Translations under genes and position numbers: made by a program | The notes under the pieces: model-generated | The model's database searches: none | What the model was told of the DNA's origin: nothing | The model's input: only the letters and a program-made list of their open reading frames with translations | From: Rhizomicrobium sp. | Lineage (GTDB): Bacteria; Pseudomonadota; Alphaproteobacteria; Micropepsales; Micropepsaceae | Direction of reading: 5' to 3' | DNA: 64,000 bases | Assembly: GCA_036511745.1 (NCBI GenBank) | Contig: DATCBQ010000126.1 | Span: 2,780 to 66,779, forward strand | Shown here: positions 9,785 through 19,811 of the stretch, piece after piece | Position numbering within the stretch: the first letter of the stretch is position 1 | Layout: every line of letters begins with the position of its first letter

Positions 9785-11179
9785 CTACTCCCGATAGCAG
9801 ACGGTTTTCGTCGCCGCGATCACGTCTTCCACCGTCGGTAGCGCGAGTTTTTCGAGATTGGCCGCATAGGGCATCGGCACGTCCTTGCCCGTTACCTTTA
9901 TGGGCGGCGCGTCCAGGAAGTCGAACGCCTTCTCCACCACCTGCGATGCGATTTCCGAGCCAATGGAGCAAATGGGCCATCCCTGCTCCACGGTCACGAT
10001 TCGATTTGTCCGGCACACGGATTCGAGCACGGCATCGATATCCAGCGGCCGCAGGGTGCGAAGATCGATCAATTCCGCATCGATGCCTTCCGCCGCCAGT
10101 TTCTCGGCCGCCTCAATGATGAGGCCCACGCAGATGGAATGCGCCACCAGGGTTACGTGCGTGCCGGCCTTGACGATGCGCGCGTTGCCGATGGGCACCA
10201 CATAATCTTCGAGCTTTGGAACCGGAAAGGAACGTCCATAGACGATTTCGTTCTCCAGAAAAATCACCGGATTGGGATCGCGGATCGCCGCTTTGAGCAA
10301 TCCCTTGGCGTCGGCGGCAAAGTAGGGGGCGATCACTTTCAGGCCCGGAACATGCGCATACCAGGCACTGTAATCCTGGCTGTGCTGGGCCGCGACCCGT
10401 GCCGCGGCTCCGTTGGGACCGCGAAAGACGATCGGACAATTCATCTGGCCGCCCGACATGTACCGCGTCTTGGCAGCGGAATTGATCAACTGGTCCATCG
10501 CCTGCATGGCGAAATTCATCGTCATGAATTCGACAATGGGACGCAGGCCGGAAAACCCCGCGCCGATACCCAAACCCGCAAAGCCCTGTTCCGTGATGGG
10601 CGTGTCGATCACCCGCTCCGGCCCGAATTCCTCGAGCAGTCCCTGGCTCACTTTGTAGGCGCCCTGGTACTGCGCGACTTCCTCTCCCATCAGGAAGACG
10701 GCGGGATCGCGGCGCATTTCTTCCGCCATTGCATCACGCAGCGCTTCGCGCACCGTCATGGTGGTGAATGTGGTGCCTTGCGGGACCTCGGGCTCCGCCA
10801 GAACGGGTCCAGCGGGAGCGCGGGCGTTCTCATGCGCCGTTGATGGTTTGGTTCGTTGATCCTCCGAGCTTCCCGGAGTCTTCTCTTCCGCACGCGGTGC
10901 TTTCGCGCTCACCGCCGTCGCTGCAGGGGCCTCTTCATTGTCTTGGACCAGCACGGCAATCGGCTGGTTGACCTTGACGCCTTCGGCGCCTTCCGGGACA
11001 AGGAGTTTGCCGATACGCCCTTCATCCACCGCCTCGAATTCCATCGTTGCCTTGTCGGTCTCGATCTCGGCAAGGATGTCGCCGGAACGCACCGCGTCGC
11101 CTTCCTTCACCAGCCATTTGGCAAGCTTGCCCTCCTCCATCGTCGGCGACAGCGCGGGCATGAGGATCTGGGTGGACAT
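9785..11179 (-). CDS. pdhB: pyruvate dehydrogenase E1 beta subunit with an N-terminal lipoyl domain
   Basis: An N-terminal lipoyl domain nearly identical to that of PdhC, followed by a transketolase-like pyrimidine-binding/C-terminal E1-beta core ([25 protein letters not shown]). Confidence 0.92.
   Translation of the reverse strand: MSTQILMPALSPTMEEGKLAKWLVKEGDAVRSGDILAEIETDKATMEFEAVDEGRIGKLLVPEGAEGVKVNQPIAVLVQDNEEAPAATAVSAKAPRAEEKTPGSSEDQRTKPSTAHENARAPAGPVLAEPEVPQGTTFTTMTVREALRDAMAEEMRRDPAVFLMGEEVAQYQGAYKVSQGLLEEFGPERVIDTPITEQGFAGLGIGAGFSGLRPIVEFMTMNFAMQAMDQLINSAAKTRYMSGGQMNCPIVFRGPNGAAARVAAQHSQDYSAWYAHVPGLKVIAPYFAADAKGLLKAAIRDPNPVIFLENEIVYGRSFPVPKLEDYVVPIGNARIVKAGTHVTLVAHSICVGLIIEAAEKLAAEGIDAELIDLRTLRPLDIDAVLESVCRTNRIVTVEQGWPICSIGSEIASQVVEKAFDFLDAPPIKVTGKDVPMPYAANLEKLALPTVEDVIAATKTVCYRE
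10946..11179 (-). repeat. copy B of the 234-nt lipoyl-domain repeat (5' end of pdhB)
   Basis: See copy A. It is the same length, about 95% identical by hand alignment, and in the same orientation. Confidence 0.85.
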
Positions 11180-12184
11180 CTAGGCGAACACGTCCGTGTA
11201 AAGCTCCCCAGGCAACGGCTCCGCGCTTTCGGTCGCAAATTCGCCGGCCATGTTGACGGTCTGGCGTGTCTGCTTGTCGATCGCTTTCAGCTCGTCTTCG
11301 CTCGCGATGCCCCGCTCGATCAATTTCTGGCCATAGTGTTCGATCGGATCGCGCTTCTCGCGGATGCTCTGTACTTCTTCCCTGGTGCGATATTTGGCCG
11401 GATCCGACATCGAGTGACCGCGATAGCGGTAGGTCTTGAGCTCCAGGATGGTCGGCCCTTTGCCGGAACGGCACCAGCCCACGGCCTTCTTCCCCGCCGC
11501 ATGAACGGCCTCCACGTCCATGCCGTCCACTTCCACCCCTGGAATGTTGAACGAGACGCCCCGTCTGGAGAGCTGCGCCTGGGCGCTCGAACGCTCGACA
11601 CTGGTTCCCATCGCGTACTGGTTGTTTTCGATGACGTAGACGACAGGCAGTTTCCAGAGCTCCGCCATATTGAAAGACTCGTACACCTGGCCCTGATTGG
11701 CGGCGCCGTCGCCGAAATAGGTGAGCGTGACGGCGCCGTTCTTTCGGTATTTGTTCGAGAAAGCGAGACCGGTGCCGATGGGAACCTGCGCGCCGACGAT
11801 ACCGTGGCCGCCAAAAAAATTCTTCTCGCGGCTGAACATGTGCATCGAACCGCCCTTGCCTTTGGAGTAGCCGGCGGCGCGGCCCGTGAGTTCGGCCATG
11901 ACGCCTTTGGGGTCCATACCTGTGGCAAGCATGTGGCCGTGGTCGCGATAGGCGGTAATGACCTGGTCGCCCGGTTCCAATGCGGCCTGCATTCCGACGA
12001 CAACCGCTTCTTGGCCGATATACAGGTGGCAAAACCCTCCTACGAGCCCCATGCCATAGAGCTGGCCCGCCTTTTCCTCGAAGCGCCGGATGAGAAGCAT
12101 GTCGGCATAGAGTTTTTTAGCCAGCGCCGCATCCACCGGACTGGCCGGTTGTTCGAAAGGGATGGTCTGCGCGGGCTCGGCCAT
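11180..12184 (-). CDS. pdhA: pyruvate dehydrogenase E1 alpha subunit
   Basis: Contains LLIRRFEEKAGQLYGMGLVGGFCHLYIGQEA and the ThDP motif GDGAANQG. I preferred the ATG at 12182-12184 (MAEPAQ) because GAGGA lies 8 nt upstream; the alternative at 12247 has no RBS. Confidence 0.9.
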   Translation of the reverse strand: MAEPAQTIPFEQPASPVDAALAKKLYADMLLIRRFEEKAGQLYGMGLVGGFCHLYIGQEAVVVGMQAALEPGDQVITAYRDHGHMLATGMDPKGVMAELTGRAAGYSKGKGGSMHMFSREKNFFGGHGIVGAQVPIGTGLAFSNKYRKNGAVTLTYFGDGAANQGQVYESFNMAELWKLPVVYVIENNQYAMGTSVERSSAQAQLSRRGVSFNIPGVEVDGMDVEAVHAAGKKAVGWCRSGKGPTILELKTYRYRGHSMSDPAKYRTREEVQSIREKRDPIEHYGQKLIERGIASEDELKAIDKQTRQTVNMAGEFATESAEPLPGELYTDVFA

Positions 12185-12295
12185 TGCCGATTTCCTCGTT
12201 GCGGCGGTTCTGAACCTGGGCGGCGTTTGTGGCAAGGGCACCGGCATTTGGCAAGCGCGGCACTGCGCCGGCTGCCCCGACTGCCGTTTGTGCCG

Positions 12296-12607
12296 CTATC
12301 GCTTGTCCCGCGGGACGGCAATCTGCCCTGGCGTGGTTCCCAGCAATTGATCGCGCGCAATCTCTTCGATGATGTCGGGATCTTCCGATCCCAACAGTTC
12401 GATGCGGTGCTTGAGCCTCGCATTGTCCTGCTCGACGTCGGCGAGCTGCTGTTGCGCCAAAGCAAGCTTCGCCTGGGCGGCTGTAAGCTCCAGCACGCCG
12501 CGCGTCCCCCAGATAAAATAATAGCCGAAATAGAGCACCGCGGCGGTACAGATAGCCGGTATCACAAGAGCGCCAAAAAAGCGTGTCACGCTGCGTCTGA
12601 TTCGCAT
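12296..12607 (-). CDS. ftsB: septum formation initiator FtsB/DivIC family protein
   Basis: 103 aa with one N-terminal TM helix followed by a coiled coil (LTAAQAKLALAQQQLADVEQDNARLKHRIELL). It sits in the conserved position between eno and pdhA. Confidence 0.75.
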   Translation of the reverse strand: MRIRRSVTRFFGALVIPAICTAAVLYFGYYFIWGTRGVLELTAAQAKLALAQQQLADVEQDNARLKHRIELLGSEDPDIIEEIARDQLLGTTPGQIAVPRDKR

Positions 12608-12656
12608 ATGGCCAACGAATCACACACGGAATTCTACCGTCAAGATAAATTCCTGC

Positions 12657-14024
<1,368 letters not shown>

Positions 14025-14112
14025 TTAGCCACCCAGGTTCGTCCTTTCGCAAAATTTGCTAGACTTCCCCTGTTGTCGGCGCGAATCAGCCGCCGTCCTG
14101 AAGGGGAAAACC

Positions 14113-14547
14113 ATGTCCGCCATCTCTGCGATGCCGCTGGCAGCGATTGTCACGATTCTCGCTATCATTCTTTACATGATGACGGCCGTTCGTGTCGGCA
14201 CGATGCGCACCCGGCACAACATCGTTGCTCCGGCCGTTGTCGGCCATCCCGAGTTCGATCGGGCCTATCGCATACAGATGAACACGCTGGAAGCAATGCC
14301 GGTATTCCTGCCGGCGCTGTGGCTTGCGACCTTGTACTTCTCCATTCGATTTCCTGCTGTCTGGTGGCTGCCCGCGGTGTTCGGCGTTCTGTGGATCGTG
14401 GGCCGGTACATCTACATGCAGGCCTATGCCGCCGATCCTGGCAAGCGCAGCACGGGATTTGGCATCGCGGCGCTGGCGCAGATCGTTCTGCTGGTGCTTG
14501 CAGTCGTCGGCATCGTGATGAACTGGCCCGGTTTGGGGCCTGCCTAA
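14113..14547 (+). CDS. MAPEG family membrane protein (glutathione S-transferase-like)
   Basis: 144 aa with four hydrophobic segments and the MAPEG-like blocks RAYRIQMNTLEAMPVF and GRYIYMQAY. The ATG at 14113 follows AAGGGGA. Its stop overlaps the convergent kdsA stop (CTAA). Confidence 0.7.
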   Translation: MSAISAMPLAAIVTILAIILYMMTAVRVGTMRTRHNIVAPAVVGHPEFDRAYRIQMNTLEAMPVFLPALWLATLYFSIRFPAVWWLPAVFGVLWIVGRYIYMQAYAADPGKRSTGFGIAALAQIVLLVLAVVGIVMNWPGLGPA

Positions 14548-15386
14548 TTCGCCCGCTTCTTGGCGATGCGGTCGATTTCCACCAAATCGCAGAGCAGCGC
14601 CGGCACATCGCGCAGCCTGAGCATGGTCGGACCGTCGGACGGTGCGTGGTCCGGATCCTGATGGGTTTCCATGAACACGGCCGCGCAACCCACGGCCACG
14701 GCGGCGCGGGCGAGGTAGGGCACCATTTCCCGCTCGCCGCCTGACGTTTCGCCCTGGCCGCCCGGCTGCTGCACCGAATGCGTCGCGTCGAACACGACAG
14801 GCGCGCCGAACCGCGCCATGATCGGCAGCACGCGGAAATCGGAGACCAGCGTATTATAGCCGAAGCTCGCGCCCCGCTCCGTCACCAGCACGTTGGGGTT
14901 GCCCGCACCGGTGATCTTGCCGATGACGTTTTTCATGTCCCAGGGCGCGAGGAACTGGCCCTTCTTGACATTGACGACCCGGCCCGTCTTCGCGGCTTCG
15001 ACCAGGAGATCGGTCTGGCGGCAGAGAAAGGCCGGAATCTGCAACACGTCGACGGCCTGCGCCAGCAGCACGCATTGTTCGCGTTCGTGCACGTCGGTGA
15101 GCACGGGCACGCCCAGGCTTTCGCGGATTTCGGCGAAGATGGGCAACGCGCGTTCCAGCCCCATGCCGCGTTCGGTGCGCGCGCTGGTACGGTTGGCCTT
15201 GTCGAAGCTCGTCTTGTAGATCAGCCCGACGCCGGCCTTGGCGGCGATTTCCTTCAGCGCCGACGCCATTTCCAGCGCATGCGCCCGGCTTTCGAGCTGG
15301 CAGGGCCCGGCGATGATGGCGAGTTTCTGCGCATTGCCGAGCGCGACGGAACCCACTTTGACGACGGCGTTGGGGGCGTTGATCAT
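14544..15386 (-). CDS. kdsA: 3-deoxy-8-phosphooctulonate synthase
   Basis: 280 aa with KdsA blocks (GPCQLESRAHALE, KTSFDKANRTS, VVFDATHSVQQPGG). Confidence 0.92.
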   Translation of the reverse strand: MINAPNAVVKVGSVALGNAQKLAIIAGPCQLESRAHALEMASALKEIAAKAGVGLIYKTSFDKANRTSARTERGMGLERALPIFAEIRESLGVPVLTDVHEREQCVLLAQAVDVLQIPAFLCRQTDLLVEAAKTGRVVNVKKGQFLAPWDMKNVIGKITGAGNPNVLVTERGASFGYNTLVSDFRVLPIMARFGAPVVFDATHSVQQPGGQGETSGGEREMVPYLARAAVAVGCAAVFMETHQDPDHAPSDGPTMLRLRDVPALLCDLVEIDRIAKKRAN

Positions 15387-15545
15387 GGCCCGTTTCTATC
15401 GCCGCTCCCGACGTTTGCGCAAATGCGGGCGAAATCCGGTTCCCTGTTTTCCGCAAGGTACAAACATTCTCGCCCGCGGGCGCGCCGCGTTTCCCCGAAA
15501 AACATCGCAAAACACTAACTGCCGAACTCGGCTATCATCACGGCG

Positions 15546-17075
15546 ATGACCGGGAACTCCACGCCTGACCTTGCGCCCCAAATGCCCGAGCGCGGCGCTG
15601 CGCTGTTCGCATTCGACAATTCCTATGCGCGCTTGCCGGAGAAATTCTTTGCGCGACAGCCTCCCGGCCCCGTTTCCGCGCCGCGCCTCGTACGGCTGAA
15701 TGAAAAACTGGCGCGGCAGCTCGTGCTCGATCCCGACAGGCTTGCCTCGCCGGAAGGCGTGGAGGTTCTGGCCGGCAATCGCCTGCCGCAAGGCGCCGAC
15801 CCGCTGGCGATGGCCTATGCCGGACATCAATTCGGCCATTGGGTGCCGCAACTGGGCGACGGCCGCGCCCTGTTGCTCGGCGAGGTGATCGACCGCGAGG
15901 GCGTGCGCCGCGATATCCAGCTCAAAGGCTCGGGCCGCACCCCGTTCTCGCGCAATGGCGACGGCCGCGCGGCACTGGGGCCGGTCCTGCGCGAATATAT
16001 CGTCAGCGAGGCGATGGCGGCGCTGGGCATCGCGACCACCCGCTCGCTGGCCGCCGTGACCACCGGCGAACGGATCATGCGTCAGGGCCTATTGCCCGGC
16101 GCCGTGCTCACCCGCGTTTCGCGCAGCCACATCCGGGTCGGCACCTTCGAGTTCTTCGCCGGCCGCGGCGACACCGACGGCGTTCGCGCACTGGCCGATT
16201 ATGCAATCGCGCGGCTCTACCCCGAGGCGTTGGAGTCGCCGCAGCCTTATGTCGCGCTCCTCGAATCCGTGGTCGCCGGGACGGCGGCGCTCGTTGCCGG
16301 CTGGATGCTGGTCGGCTTCATTCACGGGGTGATGAACACCGACAACATGTCGATTGCGTGCGAAACCATCGATTATGGCCCCTGCGCCTTCATGGACATC
16401 TACAGCCCTGCAACCATCTTTTCGTCGATCGACCATGCGGGCCGCTACGCTTACGCCAACCAGCCGCGCATCGCGCAGTGGAACCTGGCGCGGTTCGCGC
16501 GGACATTGCTGCCGCTGATCGGCGCCGACGAAACAGGCGCGGTGGAGGCGGCGCAGAAAGCGATCGACGCCTTCCCCGACCGGTTCGAGATGACATGGCT
16601 CGCCGGTTTGCGCCGCAAGCTCGGACTGGTGCGGGAACACGAGGCCGACAAAACGCTGGCGCTGGATCTTCTCGAACGCATGGCCGCGAACAACGCCGAT
16701 TTCACCCTGGTCTTTCGCAGGCTCTGCGATTGCGCGGCTTTCGGTGCAGAGGCGGACGAGGCCATCCGCGGCCTGTTCGACGATTCCGCGGCCTTCAATG
16801 AATGGGCGTGCCGCTGGCGCGCCCGTCTTGCCTTGGAAGAACGCTCACCCGCCGCGTGCGGCGCTGCCATGCGCGGCGTCAATCCCGCCTTCATTCCGCG
16901 CAATCACCGGGTCGAAGCGGCAATCCAGGCGGCGGAGCAGCACAGCGATTTTTCGCCCTTCGAAGAATTGCTGAGCGTGCTGTCGACCCCCTGTATCGAC
17001 CGCTCCGCGCTCGCGCATTACGCCAATCCGCCACGCCCGGAAGAAATCGTACACCAGACATTTTGCGGAACGTGA
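15546..17075 (+). CDS. selO: protein adenylyltransferase SelO (YdiU/UPF0061)
   Basis: 509 aa with SelO pseudokinase-fold blocks (YAGHQFGHWVPQLGDGRA, KGSGRTPFSR, HGVMNTDNMS) and the bacterial C-terminal ...TFCGT ending. Confidence 0.9.
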   Translation: MTGNSTPDLAPQMPERGAALFAFDNSYARLPEKFFARQPPGPVSAPRLVRLNEKLARQLVLDPDRLASPEGVEVLAGNRLPQGADPLAMAYAGHQFGHWVPQLGDGRALLLGEVIDREGVRRDIQLKGSGRTPFSRNGDGRAALGPVLREYIVSEAMAALGIATTRSLAAVTTGERIMRQGLLPGAVLTRVSRSHIRVGTFEFFAGRGDTDGVRALADYAIARLYPEALESPQPYVALLESVVAGTAALVAGWMLVGFIHGVMNTDNMSIACETIDYGPCAFMDIYSPATIFSSIDHAGRYAYANQPRIAQWNLARFARTLLPLIGADETGAVEAAQKAIDAFPDRFEMTWLAGLRRKLGLVREHEADKTLALDLLERMAANNADFTLVFRRLCDCAAFGAEADEAIRGLFDDSAAFNEWACRWRARLALEERSPAACGAAMRGVNPAFIPRNHRVEAAIQAAEQHSDFSPFEELLSVLSTPCIDRSALAHYANPPRPEEIVHQTFCGT

Positions 17076-17123
17076 AGTCGGGCAGCGTCGGGCGCGCCAC
17101 GTAGCGGTGTCAGCAAAACTGGG

Positions 17124-17387
17124 TTGGAGCTGCGGCTTTTCATGATCACGGCGAACAATATCTCGGGGGCGTTCACCGGCAATGCGCTGCTTGAGATGGA
17201 CAACACGGCCGGCGCGACGGGCGGCTGTGCGATTCACAATATGGGCCTGATCGCCGATAGCAGCGGGAACTTCGACACGGTCGATGCGTACGGCCACGCC
17301 GATCTTGTGGACGGCTCCTACCTTTATGGCGGCAAGGTCAATTTCAATTGCGTCTCTGCCGGGGCGAGCGGCTCGCCTAACCCTTAG
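17124..17387 (+). CDS. hypothetical small protein or gene remnant (81-87 aa)
   Basis: TTG at 17124 or ATG at 17142. By hand count about 64 of 81 third positions are G/C, and the composition is not Arg-rich. No family recognised. It is in frame with selO after its TGA, and its stop overlaps the convergent stop of the next gene (TTAG). Confidence 0.25.
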   Translation: MELRLFMITANNISGAFTGNALLEMDNTAGATGGCAIHNMGLIADSSGNFDTVDAYGHADLVDGSYLYGGKVNFNCVSAGASGSPNP

Positions 17388-18892
17388 GGTGTGACCTCGA
17401 AAACTGTGCCTCCTCCGTAAAAGTTGCCACCCGAGATTGTCGTGCCGAACAGATTTCCAGCCCCGTCCATGACTAATGAGGAAGGATAAGCCCCGTCGGC
17501 GCAATTGGATTGCGCGCAGAAGCTATAAAGCACATGAAGTCCGCCGTTCAGCGAAAAAACTGTACCTCCACCAACCCCGTTCTGATCAATATCGTGACCT
17601 CCGCCGTAGTAAGTTGTCCCGAACAGAACTCCAAGAGCTCCCACGTTCATGGCGGCATTCGGATAGAAACCATCGGCGCAATCGGCTAAACTGCAGAAGT
17701 CATATAGATCGGTGTATTTGGACGGGCTGCCCGAGCCAAATTCAAATGCGACACCACACGTGCCCATGGAGGTCGAGCATGGTTGCCCGCCCAATCGAGT
17801 AGTACCAAAAAGCCGCCCGTCCGATTCGGTGATGACGGACATTCCAGGAAATTGACCGTCCGTACATCCGGCTTTTGCACAAAAACTATGCAGGACTGTT
17901 TCAACCCACGGAGCGGCGCCGGCCGCCTCGAGTTCAAACAGCGTTCCTCCAACGGAACTGGTTGCGCAGGTGCTGGCCCCGTGACGACCGCCGCAAGTCG
18001 TCGTTCCGTACAAATTCCCCGACGCGTCCTCCGCCAATCCGCCTGATGGCCAATACCCGTCTACGCAATTTTCCTTGGAACAGAAATCGTATATTACTGT
18101 TTGCTGCCAACCGGCTCCCACCGGCACCAGTTCGAACGCGGTGCCGCATCCGCTGCTCCAGTCACAGTGCTTTCCGCTTCCTCCTACCCCGGTCGTGCCA
18201 TAAAGCGGCGAATTTCCATCATAGAAGGCGCCACTGGATGCACCCGCATAGGTCAGTCGACCTATCGGTCCGGATCCATCGGCACAACCCTGCAGTTCGC
18301 AAAAGTCGTGAAGGACGGAGAGAGTCCATTGGGTGCGGCGCGCATTCGGAGCGAGCTTGTAGGCAATGCCATGGCCAGTGTCGCTCGTAAATGTTGTCCC
18401 GTATAAATTGCCCAAATTATCCATGATAACGCCATACGGGTAGCAGCCGTCAGCGCATTTGGGCTGTGCTCCGAAGCTGTAGATAATTTTGTGTCTCCAT
18501 TTGGTTTTTTTGGAACTGGGTATCAACTCGAAAACGGTGCCGAAGCCGGCAGGATCACCAATGCCGTTGGCTCCGCCTGTAATGGTCGTGCCATATAGGT
18601 TCCCTTCCTGATCCAGGACCATCTGTTCGGATGGTGCGCTTCCATTCGAACATCGTGCCTCAGAGCAAAACGTGTAGAGGCCCTTGAATGTTTGAGCGGA
18701 TGCGCTTGTCAAGAGGACGATGAGGGAGAAAAGAAGAATCGCGCCGAACACCGAAGTCCGACTCGCGATAGAACGATTGGGCGCCGACAATCCTAGGGAA
18801 GGCAGGCGTTGATAAGAACTGCGGTGATCCCGAGAGTCTCTGTCCCGCCTGCCAACGGTATCGACGCAGTGCCGACCGCAAGGTGAACGCAT
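17384..18892 (-). CDS. secreted tandem-repeat protein, GloVer (Gloeo_Verruco, TIGR03803-like) repeats, Cys-pair variant
   Basis: Seven ~45-65-aa repeats built on ...FC-x4-C-xDG-x2P ... GNLYGTTxxGG ... GTVFEL. Has a signal-peptide-like segment (SVFGAILLFSLIVLLTSASAQ). The start is uncertain: ATG at 18890-18892, or TTG about 100 nt downstream. Confidence 0.7.
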   Translation of the reverse strand: MRSPCGRHCVDTVGRRDRDSRDHRSSYQRLPSLGLSAPNRSIASRTSVFGAILLFSLIVLLTSASAQTFKGLYTFCSEARCSNGSAPSEQMVLDQEGNLYGTTITGGANGIGDPAGFGTVFELIPSSKKTKWRHKIIYSFGAQPKCADGCYPYGVIMDNLGNLYGTTFTSDTGHGIAYKLAPNARRTQWTLSVLHDFCELQGCADGSGPIGRLTYAGASSGAFYDGNSPLYGTTGVGGSGKHCDWSSGCGTAFELVPVGAGWQQTVIYDFCSKENCVDGYWPSGGLAEDASGNLYGTTTCGGRHGASTCATSSVGGTLFELEAAGAAPWVETVLHSFCAKAGCTDGQFPGMSVITESDGRLFGTTRLGGQPCSTSMGTCGVAFEFGSGSPSKYTDLYDFCSLADCADGFYPNAAMNVGALGVLFGTTYYGGGHDIDQNGVGGGTVFSLNGGLHVLYSFCAQSNCADGAYPSSLVMDGAGNLFGTTISGGNFYGGGTVFEVTP

Positions 18893-19297
18893 CTCCTCAG
18901 AACGCTCGTGTCCTCCAATGTTGCTCGACGCGTTGCGGTGCGACGGTATTCCTGAATGGCCGTTCCACCGCATGATCGCTTCTCTTTGCAACGCTGAATA
19001 TGAACAATTCGCAGTATCTTCCCAAGGCGTTAACGGGTAGCTAAGGGGCCATGCAGCTGCGCCGTCACGCCTGAGCGCGATGGGAAACTTTCCGGCGAAG
19101 CCGTTGCCGGTTACCACGCGTGCCCAAGCAAAAATTTTGCATCTCTGCTTCGCGAAAAGCGATGGTCGGGGAACAGGAGCGTCGAAGAGTTCGCGAATTC
19201 GGAAGGATGATTGCCGGGGAGCAACTTCGCGAGACGAACCTGAGACTACCTCACCGCGCCGATCGAAAATCCAGCCTCTGTGTAGGGCGACCCGCGG

Positions 19298-19645
19298 TTA
19301 AAGCAGCCTTTCATTCTGCACCGCCGCCGCGATGAACGATGCAAACAAGGGATGGGGGCTGAGGGGACGCGATTTCAGCTCGGGATGGAATTGCACGCCG
19401 ATGAACCAGGGATGGTCCGTGATTTCCATGATTTCGGGCAGGCGGCCGTCGGGAGACCAGCCTGAGACGACAAAGCCGTGCTCAGCGAGTTGGCGCACGT
19501 AGCCGACATTGACTTCGTAGCGATGGCGATGACGCTCGCTTATCTCGATTGCGCAAAGACCGAAGCGACCCGGCTGCCCCTGGGGCGCGCCCAATCCGAA
19601 ACGATGCGCCGCAATGGCGCCTGCGAGGGGCATGCGGGTCCTCCA
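19298..19645 (-). pseudogene. pyrG: 3' remnant of CTP synthase (about the last 100-115 codons of roughly 540)
   Basis: ...[76 protein letters not shown] is the unmistakable C-terminus of the PyrG glutaminase domain. No synthase domain or GATase Cys region appears upstream in any frame. Confidence 0.7.
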
Positions 19646-19811
19646 GAGAAGTCCGGCGCTGTCGAGGGTCAGACGCTGATCAGCGGCCGATGAACGCCCA
19701 ATGAACATTCCGACGAAGCCCGCGGCCGGTCCTCGGCTTGCGGTCCGGTGTCAAATGCGCCGCAAAGGGAAAGGCCCTCCGCTGCGCGGCAGCGAAGAGC
19801 CTTTAGGTTTT

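Noticed and set aside
9130-11179. The lipoyl repeats as a diversity-generating retroelement TR/VR pair
   Set aside because: The mismatches are not adenine-specific, there is no reverse transcriptase nearby, and both copies encode conserved functional domains.
17073-17075. selO TGA as a selenocysteine or readthrough codon, given the open frame behind it
   Set aside because: The protein already ends with the bacterial ...TFCGT motif, whose Cys corresponds to the eukaryotic Sec position. I see no SECIS-like hairpin directly after the TGA. Open frames of ~100 codons are common at this GC content. I kept only the possibility of a downstream small ORF, as a low-interest finding.
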